Origin: Candidatus Methanosuratincola verstraetei
GTDB taxonomy: Archaea > Thermoproteota > Methanomethylicia > Methanomethylicales > Methanomethylicaceae
Direction: 5' to 3'
Assembly: GCA_049570475.1 (NCBI GenBank)
Contig: CP186953.1
Coordinates: 448,001 to 512,000 of the forward strand
DNA: 64,000 bases
The notes beneath the pieces were generated by a model. That model did no database searches and had not been told where the DNA came from. It saw nothing but the letters and a program-made list of their open reading frames with translations. Shown here piece by piece: positions 56,381 to 64,000 of the stretch; positions within the stretch are counted from its first letter, which is position 1, and each line of letters begins with the position of its first letter. The translations under genes were made by a program, and so were the position numbers.

Positions 56381-57310
56381 TCACAGGATGAGGGACATTA
56401 TGCTCTTCTGGACATGGAGCCGGTTTTCAGCCTGTTCCCAAACCACAGATCTTGGGCCGTCGATGACATCAGCGGTAATCTCTTCGCCCCTGTGGGCTGG
56501 CAGGCAATGCATCACTATCGAGTCTGGGGCTGAGATGGCAAGGAGGTCTTTGTTCACCTGGTAAGGGCGGAGCTCGCGCAACCTATTCTCGGCGTCGGAC
56601 TCGGTCCCCATAGACACCCAAACATCAGTGTATATGACATCGGCATCCCTGACCGCCTCGGCTGGATCCTCTGTGATTTGGAGGGAGGCGCCTCTTTTTG
56701 CAAGCTTTCGGAGATCTGAAATCAGCCCCTCGCTTGGCGAGTATCTCTTTGGCGATGCGATCACCATGGTTCCGCCCAACTGGAGGACGGCCTCGGCGAG
56801 CGACTGCGATACATTGCAAGCCCCATCCCCAACAAAAGCAATTTTCAGACCTTCCAGCCCCCCCTTCTTCTCGATTATCGTGAAGCAGTCGCTGAGCGCC
56901 TGGCACGGGTGGAATTCGTCGCTGAGGGCATTTATGACTGGGACAGGTGCAGAGGCTGCGAGGGCCTCAAGATCAGCATGCCTATAGACCCGTGCAACGA
57001 CTCCGTCAACGTAGCACCCGAATATCTTTCCGGTATCATGAATGGTCTCGCCCCTCCCGAGCTGGAGATCGCCCCAGTTTAGGTAGATTGGGTGCCCCCC
57101 CAGCTGGCTGATCCCCACGTCAAATGAAAGCCGTGTCCTTGTCGAGGGCTTCTGGAAGAGCATTGCAACGCTCTTCCCAGCAAGATATTTTTCTGAGGGG
57201 ACACGCTTCTTGAGGGCGAGCTTCATCTGCGAGGCCCTTTCTAGAAACAGCTCGAGCTCCTCGGTGGAGAAGTCCCCTGTTCTGAGAAAGTCTCGGCCCT
57301 TTAGTTCCAT
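56381..57310 (-). CDS. argF: Ornithine carbamoyltransferase
   Basis: PSTRTR, HPCQ, DVWVSMG, HCLP, AENR. Confidence 0.96.
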   Translation of the reverse strand: MELKGRDFLRTGDFSTEELELFLERASQMKLALKKRVPSEKYLAGKSVAMLFQKPSTRTRLSFDVGISQLGGHPIYLNWGDLQLGRGETIHDTGKIFGCYVDGVVARVYRHADLEALAASAPVPVINALSDEFHPCQALSDCFTIIEKKGGLEGLKIAFVGDGACNVSQSLAEAVLQLGGTMVIASPKRYSPSEGLISDLRKLAKRGASLQITEDPAEAVRDADVIYTDVWVSMGTESDAENRLRELRPYQVNKDLLAISAPDSIVMHCLPAHRGEEITADVIDGPRSVVWEQAENRLHVQKSIMSLIL

Positions 57311-57390
57311 GGAAATTACACACCAGGGAGGTTCTTTAATTGTTTAGCCTATCCTAAAAACATTTTTCAATTGGTGGATTATCTTATGGA

Positions 57391-58296
57391 TTAGTCCGAG
57401 GCCCTTTGTTGTTTTGCCAAGATGTTGTCGATTACCCAGTCTGGGTTGAATGGCACTATGTCGTCGTAGCCCTGACCCACGCCGAGGAAGAATATTGGTT
57501 TCCTGAGGGCGCTCGAGATCGAGATGGCTGAGCCTCCCTTCGCATCTGCATCGACCTTGGTGAGGATCACGCCGTCTATCCTGACGTACTTATTGAACTC
57601 TGTTGCCTGCTGGAGGGCATCGTTCCCGGCGAGGGAGTCGCCTACGAAGACGGTGAGGTCAGGGGAGGCGACCCGGTGTATCTTCATGAGTTCGTCCATA
57701 AGGTCCTTGTCCGTCTGCATCCTTCCGGCAGTATCTATCAGGACCACGTCGATGCCGTTGTTCTTGGCGTGGAGTACAGCGTCGTAGGCCACAGCTGCGG
57801 GATCTGCGCCATATTTGTGCTTTATCACCTTTAGGCCCAGCCGCCCAGCATGGGTCTCAATCTGCTCTTCAGACCCCGCCCTGTAGGTGTCACTGCAAGC
57901 AAAAACCACGCTCATCCCCTTGTCCTTGAGCTGCTTGGCAACCTTTGCAATCGTGGTTGTCTTGCCAGTTCCGTTGACCCCCACGAACATTATCACGAAT
58001 GGCCTCTTGGATCCTACGAGACTGAAGAGGTCAGAATACGCAAGTGTCTCCTTCAGTATCGCCCTAAGCTCTGATTCGACAATGGGGCGGAGATCTTCAA
58101 AGAGCCCAACTTTTGAGCCCACCAGCCTCTCCTTGATCCTGTTTGAGATCTCCTCGGCCACGGGGAGAGCCACGTCGCACTCTACCAAGGACATCTGGAA
58201 ATCCCATAGCAGGGAATCCAAATCAGCCTCTGATATTTTCTTCGGAGATATCTGGTCGACGAGGCTCCCGATGGCCTTCTTCAGCCTGTCGAACAA
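57391..58296 (-). CDS. ftsY: SRP receptor FtsY
   Basis: GVNGTGKTTT, DTYRA, DTAGR, TKVD..AKGG, GQ.YDD. Confidence 0.96.
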   Translation of the reverse strand: MFDRLKKAIGSLVDQISPKKISEADLDSLLWDFQMSLVECDVALPVAEEISNRIKERLVGSKVGLFEDLRPIVESELRAILKETLAYSDLFSLVGSKRPFVIMFVGVNGTGKTTTIAKVAKQLKDKGMSVVFACSDTYRAGSEEQIETHAGRLGLKVIKHKYGADPAAVAYDAVLHAKNNGIDVVLIDTAGRMQTDKDLMDELMKIHRVASPDLTVFVGDSLAGNDALQQATEFNKYVRIDGVILTKVDADAKGGSAISISSALRKPIFFLGVGQGYDDIVPFNPDWVIDNILAKQQRASD

Positions 58297-58299
58297 GTC

Positions 58300-58746
58300 T
58301 CACGCCTGCCCGGTGGCCTCGAGCTTTGCGTATATGCTGTCAACTTGCTCCTGGACTTGGACGAGCCTCTGCGAAACTTTGGCATACTCTTCCTGCAGCT
58401 TGACTGACTGCTCCTGCGCCTGCTTTATCCGGGTTTCCATTTCGGCGATTGCATCGGCAATGCCCTTCTCGACAGAGAAGCCCGCACCTACTCCGACGAT
58501 TACGCTCTGTACGGAATTGAGCTGAACGCGGATGTGGTTGCCTGCCCCAACATGGACTAGAACTTCGCCATTCCCGCCCCTGGCATTTATCTCCTCCAGC
58601 GAGGACTTTGAGAGGACAAGCTCGGCGAGGATATTGGTCGTGAGCTCGATCTGCTGGCGTATAGCATCAGCGTAAGCCTTGAGGTTCGAGAACTCTAGGA
58701 GGAGCTCGTCCAGTACTTCCTTTTGCGAGGGCTGGGGGGAGGTCAT
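58300..58746 (-). CDS. pfdA: Prefoldin alpha subunit
   Basis: Coiled coils around LVHVGAG and VGVGAG hairpins; conserved synteny. Confidence 0.9.
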   Translation of the reverse strand: MTSPQPSQKEVLDELLLEFSNLKAYADAIRQQIELTTNILAELVLSKSSLEEINARGGNGEVLVHVGAGNHIRVQLNSVQSVIVGVGAGFSVEKGIADAIAEMETRIKQAQEQSVKLQEEYAKVSQRLVQVQEQVDSIYAKLEATGQA

Positions 58747-58937
58747 TCCGCATTCACCGGCTCCTCTTGTACCGACTCGATTTTTATCTGGAAGCGCCTT
58801 AACTTATGATTCCCGCCCAACGTGCTCAGCGCCTTTTCCTTCGCGCGTGCTTCGTTAGGAGCCGAAACAGACTTCTCGAAACCAACCCATCCGAAGAGTT
58901 GCCTCATCTTTCCCTTGACCACATAGCTCTTTTCCAT
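58743..58937 (-). CDS. rpl18a: 50S ribosomal protein L18Ae/LX
   Basis: F.K...A.NE..A.EK..S.LG..HKL.R..I.I; synteny aIF6-LX-pfdA. Confidence 0.9.
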   Translation of the reverse strand: MEKSYVVKGKMRQLFGWVGFEKSVSAPNEARAKEKALSTLGGNHKLRRFQIKIESVQEEPVNAE

Positions 58938-58943
58938 ATATCA

Positions 58944-59615
58944 TCACCCTGTAAGTCCCAAGGAGGATTCAATCCTTGCCATCTCAGGCCCGGTCGTTTC
59001 CTGACCTACAACTGCACCGTACGAATTGGCGGTTATGCCCACCCTCAAGTACGGGGAACCGCAGTTAACGGTAGAAACGTCCACTGGTATATTAAATATT
59101 TTGCTCAGGTTGTTTAGCTCGGCTTCGCTGGTTAGTGGGTGGGAGACTATACCCTTCCTGTTAGCCACAGCGCAGACGCCTGGCATGTTTATCCCGGCTA
59201 TGCTGCCTTCGTATACCTCGACGCCAAGATGAGACTTGATTAGTTCCACCAGTCTCCTGTCGGCACCGCGCCCGACCATGGCTGCCCTCTCGCCCAAGAG
59301 GACCATGTTCCCGAGGGCGTTGACCTTCCCCTCATAAACTGCAACAGGTACAGACGCCATCTGCTCGATCTGCTTGACTTCGGTCTCTGTCGCAGTGCCC
59401 GGTAGTATGATCCCTCTAGAGTTCCCAATTGTGAATATCCCCAGAAGTACGCTTCCGGATACAGTTGTTCGGTATGCCGGGACGCCCAAGGTCTCAGAAA
59501 ACTCTTTGAGCGTGCCTTCAGGCATATCCGGGGGCACTAACAAGAATGAGTCTGTGCAGAAAGTGAATGCGCCTATGTTAGGGTTCCCGTAGAGGGAGAG
59601 CCGAGAGATCGACAA
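58944..59615 (-). CDS. eif6: Translation initiation factor 6
   Basis: GNPNIG, GN, HP, TVNCG, TTG.E. Confidence 0.95.
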   Translation of the reverse strand: MSISRLSLYGNPNIGAFTFCTDSFLLVPPDMPEGTLKEFSETLGVPAYRTTVSGSVLLGIFTIGNSRGIILPGTATETEVKQIEQMASVPVAVYEGKVNALGNMVLLGERAAMVGRGADRRLVELIKSHLGVEVYEGSIAGINMPGVCAVANRKGIVSHPLTSEAELNNLSKIFNIPVDVSTVNCGSPYLRVGITANSYGAVVGQETTGPEMARIESSLGLTG

Positions 59616-59620
59616 GGGAG

Positions 59621-60007
59621 CTAGGCCTCCGCCATTAGCACCCTAACGACTCCACTCTCGAGCTTCTGAACCCGCAGAGAGACTTTCCTTTCAGTCTTTG
59701 TCTTCCCCCTGCGCCACAGGGTCTCGTTCACCGAGGATGAAAGCCTTACCTCATCCTCCGCAGTCTTGAACGCCCTTGAGGCGGTTTTCTTCACGAGCCG
59801 GACGGCTTTCGGCGTAGCCTTCCTGCCATAGGAGAGATATGCATGCCGCAGGTTGACCCTGATCAGCTTCTCCTCAACGACCTTCTCCTCATCAACCGCC
59901 TCAGGAGCCTTCTCCTCCTTCTGCTCCTTTGGTGGCTCCGCCGCCTTTGTGGGAGGCGCAGGAGGGTTAGCTCCGGCAACATTCCGTTCCTTTTCTGGGT
60001 CACTCAT
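59621..60007 (-). CDS. rpl31e: 50S ribosomal protein L31e with a Pro/Glu-rich N-terminal extension
   Basis: VNLR, KAVRLV, VNE.LW.RG; synteny. Confidence 0.9.
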   Translation of the reverse strand: MSDPEKERNVAGANPPAPPTKAAEPPKEQKEEKAPEAVDEEKVVEEKLIRVNLRHAYLSYGRKATPKAVRLVKKTASRAFKTAEDEVRLSSSVNETLWRRGKTKTERKVSLRVQKLESGVVRVLMAEA

Positions 60008-60026
60008 GATTGATCACCAAATGAAC

Positions 60027-60182
60027 TTAGATGTCAAGCTTCTGGCTTCTCCAATCCCTCATCTTTGGGTGCCTCCTGAACTTCCCTCGTGTCTTGGCGA
60101 CCACCCACAGGGGGACTGGGCTGTTCTGCTTTCCTGCCTTGTTAAGGCGTTTCTTTGTGCTCGTCTGTTTTCTGCTTCCCAT
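60027..60182 (-). CDS. rpl39e: 50S ribosomal protein L39e (not in ORF track)
   Basis: Manual translation MGSRKQTSTKKRLNKAGKQNSPVPLWVVAKTRGKFRRHPKMRDWRSQKLDI*. Confidence 0.95.
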   Translation of the reverse strand: MGSRKQTSTKKRLNKAGKQNSPVPLWVVAKTRGKFRRHPKMRDWRSQKLDI

Positions 60183-60191
60183 ATCAATCCC

Positions 60192-60527
60192 TCAAATTCT
60201 TGTTATCCTAATTTCTCTCTTTCTTGATTGCACCTGGGACAGGATCTGCTTTAGGTGTTCGTCTGTTAGCGGGATCGGGAGGCGCCCTTCGTTCGCAAGC
60301 TGGATCAGCTGTATCTCGAACTGCTCAGCGAATTCGGGCTTGACCATCTTCAGGTTGTTCAGCCGGCTCCTTGCCTCAGGCGTCAGTATTGCCCTGAGTA
60401 TATTCGCCTTCTGGGCCTCGGCCTCCTGCCGCATCCGCTCCGCCTGCTCCTCCTCGACTGCCCGCCGCCTCATCTCGGCGAGCTTCCTCTGTTTTATCAG
60501 GTCGATTTCGTCGGGAGAGCCAGACAT
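60192..60527 (-). CDS. PDCD5-like DNA-binding protein
   Basis: ILTPEAR.RL.N..MVKPE.A...E.QLIQLA. Confidence 0.93.
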   Translation of the reverse strand: MSGSPDEIDLIKQRKLAEMRRRAVEEEQAERMRQEAEAQKANILRAILTPEARSRLNNLKMVKPEFAEQFEIQLIQLANEGRLPIPLTDEHLKQILSQVQSRKREIRITRI

Positions 60528-60538
60528 GATGAACAACC

Positions 60539-61012
60539 TCACTGAGGCTTTACAGGCAGATATTTACCCATCTCAGGCATATCTTTCTGGATTTCCTTCA
60601 ACAGCTTGTATGCTACTCGGTCGAGCAATGATCTTCCGCTATCAGTCAATGCGCGAGCCCCGCCCGGGAGCCTAGTCACCAGTCCAGCCTTTTCGAGCTG
60701 CTGCAAGGCCTTCCTCAAGGACGATCCCCCGGACTTGACGAAGTGCTCGTTGGCCATCCCGTTCTTTGCCCTTCCGCCATAAAGGCTTCTAAGACGCTCA
60801 ACGCCCACTGGGCTCTCAATATAGAGCCTCCTAAGCAGGGAGGCGCAACGCACGTACCAGAAATCATTCTGGGAAGGTACGCGCTCGACATGCGGCCCGG
60901 TCTTCACAAATGCAGCCCATGGTGGCGGGGCAACCTCTTTTACATTAGCCTTGATGTAATCAGCCACCGCGAATATGAGCCGATCAGCTGGAACTTCTTG
61001 AGCCAATGGCAA
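60539..61012 (-). CDS. rps19e: 30S ribosomal protein S19e
   Basis: PPWA.FVKTG, WY.R.AS.LR..Y, YGG, LQQLE.AG. Confidence 0.96.
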   Translation of the reverse strand: MPLAQEVPADRLIFAVADYIKANVKEVAPPPWAAFVKTGPHVERVPSQNDFWYVRCASLLRRLYIESPVGVERLRSLYGGRAKNGMANEHFVKSGGSSLRKALQQLEKAGLVTRLPGGARALTDSGRSLLDRVAYKLLKEIQKDMPEMGKYLPVKPQ

Positions 61013-61144
61013 TCGAATTCCTCTCCTTTTTGATTCCTCTGAAGTTAATTTGAATCGCTATATAAATCTTTTACACCGACCTTGCAATGGATTACAGCGG
61101 CGCACTATGGAAAATTGCCTATTGCCTGGAGATGTATAAAAAAA

Positions 61145-62221
61145 TTAGAGGAGAAGGTTGCCGAAGATAAACGCGGAGATCGTCGAGACGACAACAGTGG
61201 TGAGGATGTAGACGATGGCCTTCCTGAAAGTAAAGACGCGTATAATCGCCAGCATGCTCGGCAGGCTCATGCCTGGGCCTGTGAGGAGCAGAGCCAGAGC
61301 TGGAGCTTTGCCCATCCCGAGCCCCATCATCATCTTGACGAACGGGGACTCGGTCATGCTGGAGAAGTACATTAGTGCGCCTATTAAGTTCGCAAGGAAG
61401 GTCTGCGGCAGCCCGTTGCCGCCCAAGACTTGTTGGACAAACTCAGGAGGGATGATGGCACCGACCACGCCGACAATAAAGACGCCTACGAGCAAGAGCG
61501 GCAGGATCTTCTTGACAAACCACCAGGTCTCCTGGAACCACTGGAGGATCTCGTCCTTGCTGAATCGCAGGTAGGCGAATGCCATGGATGCTACGAAGAG
61601 CGGGAGGAATATCAGGAGCTTCTCTACGAATGTGCGCCCTGCGCCAAGGTAATTAGGGAGGAGGAGCGTGGCGACTAGCATCAGTATCAGTATAAGAGAG
61701 TTCTTGGAGTGCAAGACCTCGGCCTTGGTCGCAGCCACATTGGGCTTACTCCTCTCCTTTTCCGACCTTTCCTGCTCGTCTCTCCTGAATACGGTCACCA
61801 TCACCAGGCCTATTATGAAGGAGGTGGAGATCGCAGCTAGGATCCTAACGAGCGTGATTTCCACGCCGAGGATCGCCCCGCTGTAGGTAATCGTTAGTAT
61901 GTTCAGCGCTGGGGCGGTCCAAAGGAAAATGAATGCAGGGCCGATGCTGCTCCCCCGCCTGTACAGGCCTGAGGCGATAGGTATGACGGTGCATGAGCAG
62001 ACAGCGAGGCCAATGCTGGAGACTGTTGCCAATGGGAAGGAAGTCAACCGCCTAGCCGAGTACCCGAGGTACCTGATCACGACATCCTTGGATATGAAAT
62101 AATTCATTGCGCCAGCGATAAAGAACGCAGGGACGAGGCAGGTCACGGTATGCTGAGCCACATAGTCAATCAACGACTGCAATCCGGCCATTAACAGTAA
62201 AGTGATCTGATCAAGGGGCAT
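61145..62221 (-). CDS. ArsP/DUF318 family permease
   Basis: LVPAFFIAGA, LAVCSCTVIP, GPA..FL, MYF....E.P, ALLL.GP..SLP. Confidence 0.88.
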   Translation of the reverse strand: MPLDQITLLLMAGLQSLIDYVAQHTVTCLVPAFFIAGAMNYFISKDVVIRYLGYSARRLTSFPLATVSSIGLAVCSCTVIPIASGLYRRGSSIGPAFIFLWTAPALNILTITYSGAILGVEITLVRILAAISTSFIIGLVMVTVFRRDEQERSEKERSKPNVAATKAEVLHSKNSLILILMLVATLLLPNYLGAGRTFVEKLLIFLPLFVASMAFAYLRFSKDEILQWFQETWWFVKKILPLLLVGVFIVGVVGAIIPPEFVQQVLGGNGLPQTFLANLIGALMYFSSMTESPFVKMMMGLGMGKAPALALLLTGPGMSLPSMLAIIRVFTFRKAIVYILTTVVVSTISAFIFGNLLL

Positions 62222-62340
62222 AAGATTGCGCCGCCCAAAGAATGCGTAAGCGGATATATAAATATTATCAAATTCGAAATTATCGATATTTCCCAAGAAA
62301 ATGTTCGTGGGGGCGTTGCGCTGGAGGAGATATTAGTGAG

Positions 62341-63309
62341 ATGTTTCTAAATATGCCTGTGGAGACGCCAATTGAGACTGCAGGGCTGAAGAAGAGAGTG
62401 GGGCTTATCCTGAAGCTCGCGAGGCCCCATTTCCTGGTCCCCGGCGCCTTACTGTACGCGATGGGGGCGATCATAGCGCAGCTGAGGGGTTGGTCATGCC
62501 CGCTCGATAGGGCGGTCTTCGGATATGCGGTATTCTTCTTGGCGCACCTCTCGGTCTCCTTCAGCAACGACTACCACGACAGGAACAGCGATCGGATTGC
62601 AGGGCGGACCTTCTTTTCGGGGGGGAGCGGGGTGCTGTTGGAGCACAGGGAGCTGGAAAGGGCCGCGCTCAGAATAGCCCAAGCATTGCTTTTACTCTCA
62701 TTTGTGGCAGCATTGGCATTCACAATAAAATACGGGTTTAGCGCTGCTTTCCTCATTTTTGCCACAGCAGGCGGATTGTTGGGTTGGTTCTATTCAGCGC
62801 CGCCTCTAAAGCTCTCGTACCGCGGTCTGGGCGAGGCTGTGACCGCATTGGCTGCAGGATTGATAATGCCTGGAATGGGGTACTTCGTAGTCTCGGGGCA
62901 GCTGGATTCTTGGTTTGTCATGCTCTCGGTTCCGCTGGCCTGCTACGGCCTCTACTTCATACTGACGGTAGAGATACCGGACTTCGAGGCGGACAGGGCA
63001 GCAAAGAAAATGAATATTGTGACGAGGATAGGGGTGAAGAAAGCCTCAATCATTTCTCTGGCATCGGCGATCTTTGGGACGGGCTTGCTGGCGGGGCTCC
63101 ACTTTCTGGGCTTTTCAGGAGGCGCCTTTGACCTCGCAAAGCTGGCGGTCCTTTCCTTTTTGCCTTTTGCCGCGGCTACCGCTAGCTTGGTGGCATTGAC
63201 AAGTAAAGGCCTGAATGCAGTGAGGCATACAGCCATAAACATGTTTGGGCTGGTAGGGTTCTTGTCCGCAAGCGTGCTAGTGCTATTCCTTGAGCTTATT
63301 TTTAGATGA
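62341..63309 (+). CDS. UbiA family prenyltransferase (MenA-like)
   Basis: KLARP, NDYHD...D, GGSG, YSAPPL..SYRGLGE, PDFEAD...K. Confidence 0.88.
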   Translation: MFLNMPVETPIETAGLKKRVGLILKLARPHFLVPGALLYAMGAIIAQLRGWSCPLDRAVFGYAVFFLAHLSVSFSNDYHDRNSDRIAGRTFFSGGSGVLLEHRELERAALRIAQALLLLSFVAALAFTIKYGFSAAFLIFATAGGLLGWFYSAPPLKLSYRGLGEAVTALAAGLIMPGMGYFVVSGQLDSWFVMLSVPLACYGLYFILTVEIPDFEADRAAKKMNIVTRIGVKKASIISLASAIFGTGLLAGLHFLGFSGGAFDLAKLAVLSFLPFAAATASLVALTSKGLNAVRHTAINMFGLVGFLSASVLVLFLELIFR

Positions 63310-63387
63310 CCCTCATCAGGGCTGCCTCTCAAGGGATCGGCGGTTAAGTTTATATCTACATATTCTGCTATTTGAATTGTGACCTAT

Positions 63388-63645
63388 ATGGCTAAGATAT
63401 TGATATTTGGCGGGGACCCGCCATGCGCAAGGTGCAAGGCAACCGAGAAGGTGCTCAGAGAGGCTGCTGCTGAGCTGAAGCTGGATGCTGAGATACTTCA
63501 CGTATCTGCCCTCTCTCCTGAGGCGGATAAGTACGACATCCTCTCGACGCCGGCAGTTGTGATAAATGAAAAGGTTGTTGTAGCCGGGAAAGTCCCGGAC
63601 AAGAAGACCGCGGTCGAGATGCTGAAAAAGGAATTCAAGATCTGA
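63388..63645 (+). CDS. Small thioredoxin-like redox protein (MTH895 type)
   Basis: PPCARC, Y.ILSTPAVVIN, GKVP. Confidence 0.88.
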   Translation: MAKILIFGGDPPCARCKATEKVLREAAAELKLDAEILHVSALSPEADKYDILSTPAVVINEKVVVAGKVPDKKTAVEMLKKEFKI

Positions 63646-63731
63646 CCTTTTTTTAACTGGATTTTTCCATATGCCCATCTGAAGGGCGATCTTGTGGCGA
63701 TGATCTTAGATAGCCATTGCGGTAGATGTAG

Positions 63732-64000
63732 ATGAAGTCGGCAATAGAATGTTTCGGCGAATTGGTCAGTCTCCTGGGGCCAAGGAAGCCCGCCTTATTC
63801 CTGGATTATGACGGGACGCTTACGCCGATTGTGCAGGACCCGGCGGGCGCATTCCTCCCCGAAAGGACAAAAAGGCTTCTGGTCGAGGCGAAAAGCAAGT
63901 TCCCAATCGGCATAATAAGCGGGAGGGGTCTCGACGATCTGATAGGGCGTGTCGGGATCGCAGGCATAGCATACGCAGGAAGCCACGGGCTCGAGATTGC
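63732..64000 (+). CDS. otsB: Trehalose-6-phosphate phosphatase, 5' part (runs off the window; not in ORF track)
   Basis: Manual translation ...LFLDYDGTLTPIVQDP...IISGR.L.DL...YAGSHGLEI, HAD IIB OtsB motifs. Confidence 0.9.
   Translation, partial: MKSAIECFGELVSLLGPRKPALFLDYDGTLTPIVQDPAGAFLPERTKRLLVEAKSKFPIGIISGRGLDDLIGRVGIAGIAYAGSHGLEI

Noticed and set aside
3965-63332. The many 60-340 aa ORFs overlapping assigned genes (e.g. 4185-4970, 16670-17530, 26472-27374, 38878-39852, 50675-51751)
   Set aside because: Antisense or alternate-frame shadows expected in GC-rich coding DNA; no family motifs
63694-63717. Fluoride riboswitch or K-turn in the otsB leader (TGGCGATGATCTTAGATAGCCA)
   Set aside because: Lacks the crcB pseudoknot consensus; the K-turn-like stem is too short to distinguish from chance
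1-64000. CRISPR arrays, transposases, integrases, rRNA, SRP RNA, RNase P RNA
   Set aside because: No regularly spaced repeats or recognisable signature motifs found by eye on either strand

Overview
Archaeal chromosomal window, most likely Thermoproteota/TACK. The inference rests on crenarchaeal-type L40e, a tRNA intron at a non-canonical position and no ftsZ next to secE; gene content resembles Methanomethylicia, but this cannot be confirmed from the sequence alone. About 1-3.4 kb: end of uppS plus three accessory genes. 3.4-3.8 kb: divergent tRNA-Phe and intron-containing tRNA-Gly, with a candidate K-turn sRNA between them. 3.8-18.1 kb: a large glycogen/alpha-glucan cluster (two full GT4 synthases, GH57-DUF3536, MalQ, GlgB, ROK kinase, GalT-like transferase). 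Its unusual parts are an Sm/LSm-winged-helix fusion transcribed divergently across two phased palindromes, a candidate C/D guide RNA, a small wHTH coupled to a half-GT4, and a GH57 with both catalytic carboxylates substituted. 18-31 kb: hom, tRNA-Ala, a secreted Ig-repeat protein, a CHASE4 histidine kinase, a Mo-oxidoreductase with mobA, metV-metF-SelB-like, and tRNA-Val with a 25/26 intron. 31-61 kb: conserved information-processing genes (L40e, Lrp, Alba, NusA-like, aspS, truD, pth2, EF-1beta, cdc48, fen, pcm, trm5, tRNA-Arg, leuS, alaS, L12-L10-L1-L11-spt5-secE, dtdA, argF, ftsY, pfdA, LX, aIF6, L31e, L39e, PDCD5-like, S19e). 61-64 kb: ArsP permease, UbiA prenyltransferase, small thioredoxin and the start of otsB. 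No CRISPR array, transposase or integrase was seen. TTG starts are very frequent, and fen and rpl12 appear to start at CTG and ATC.
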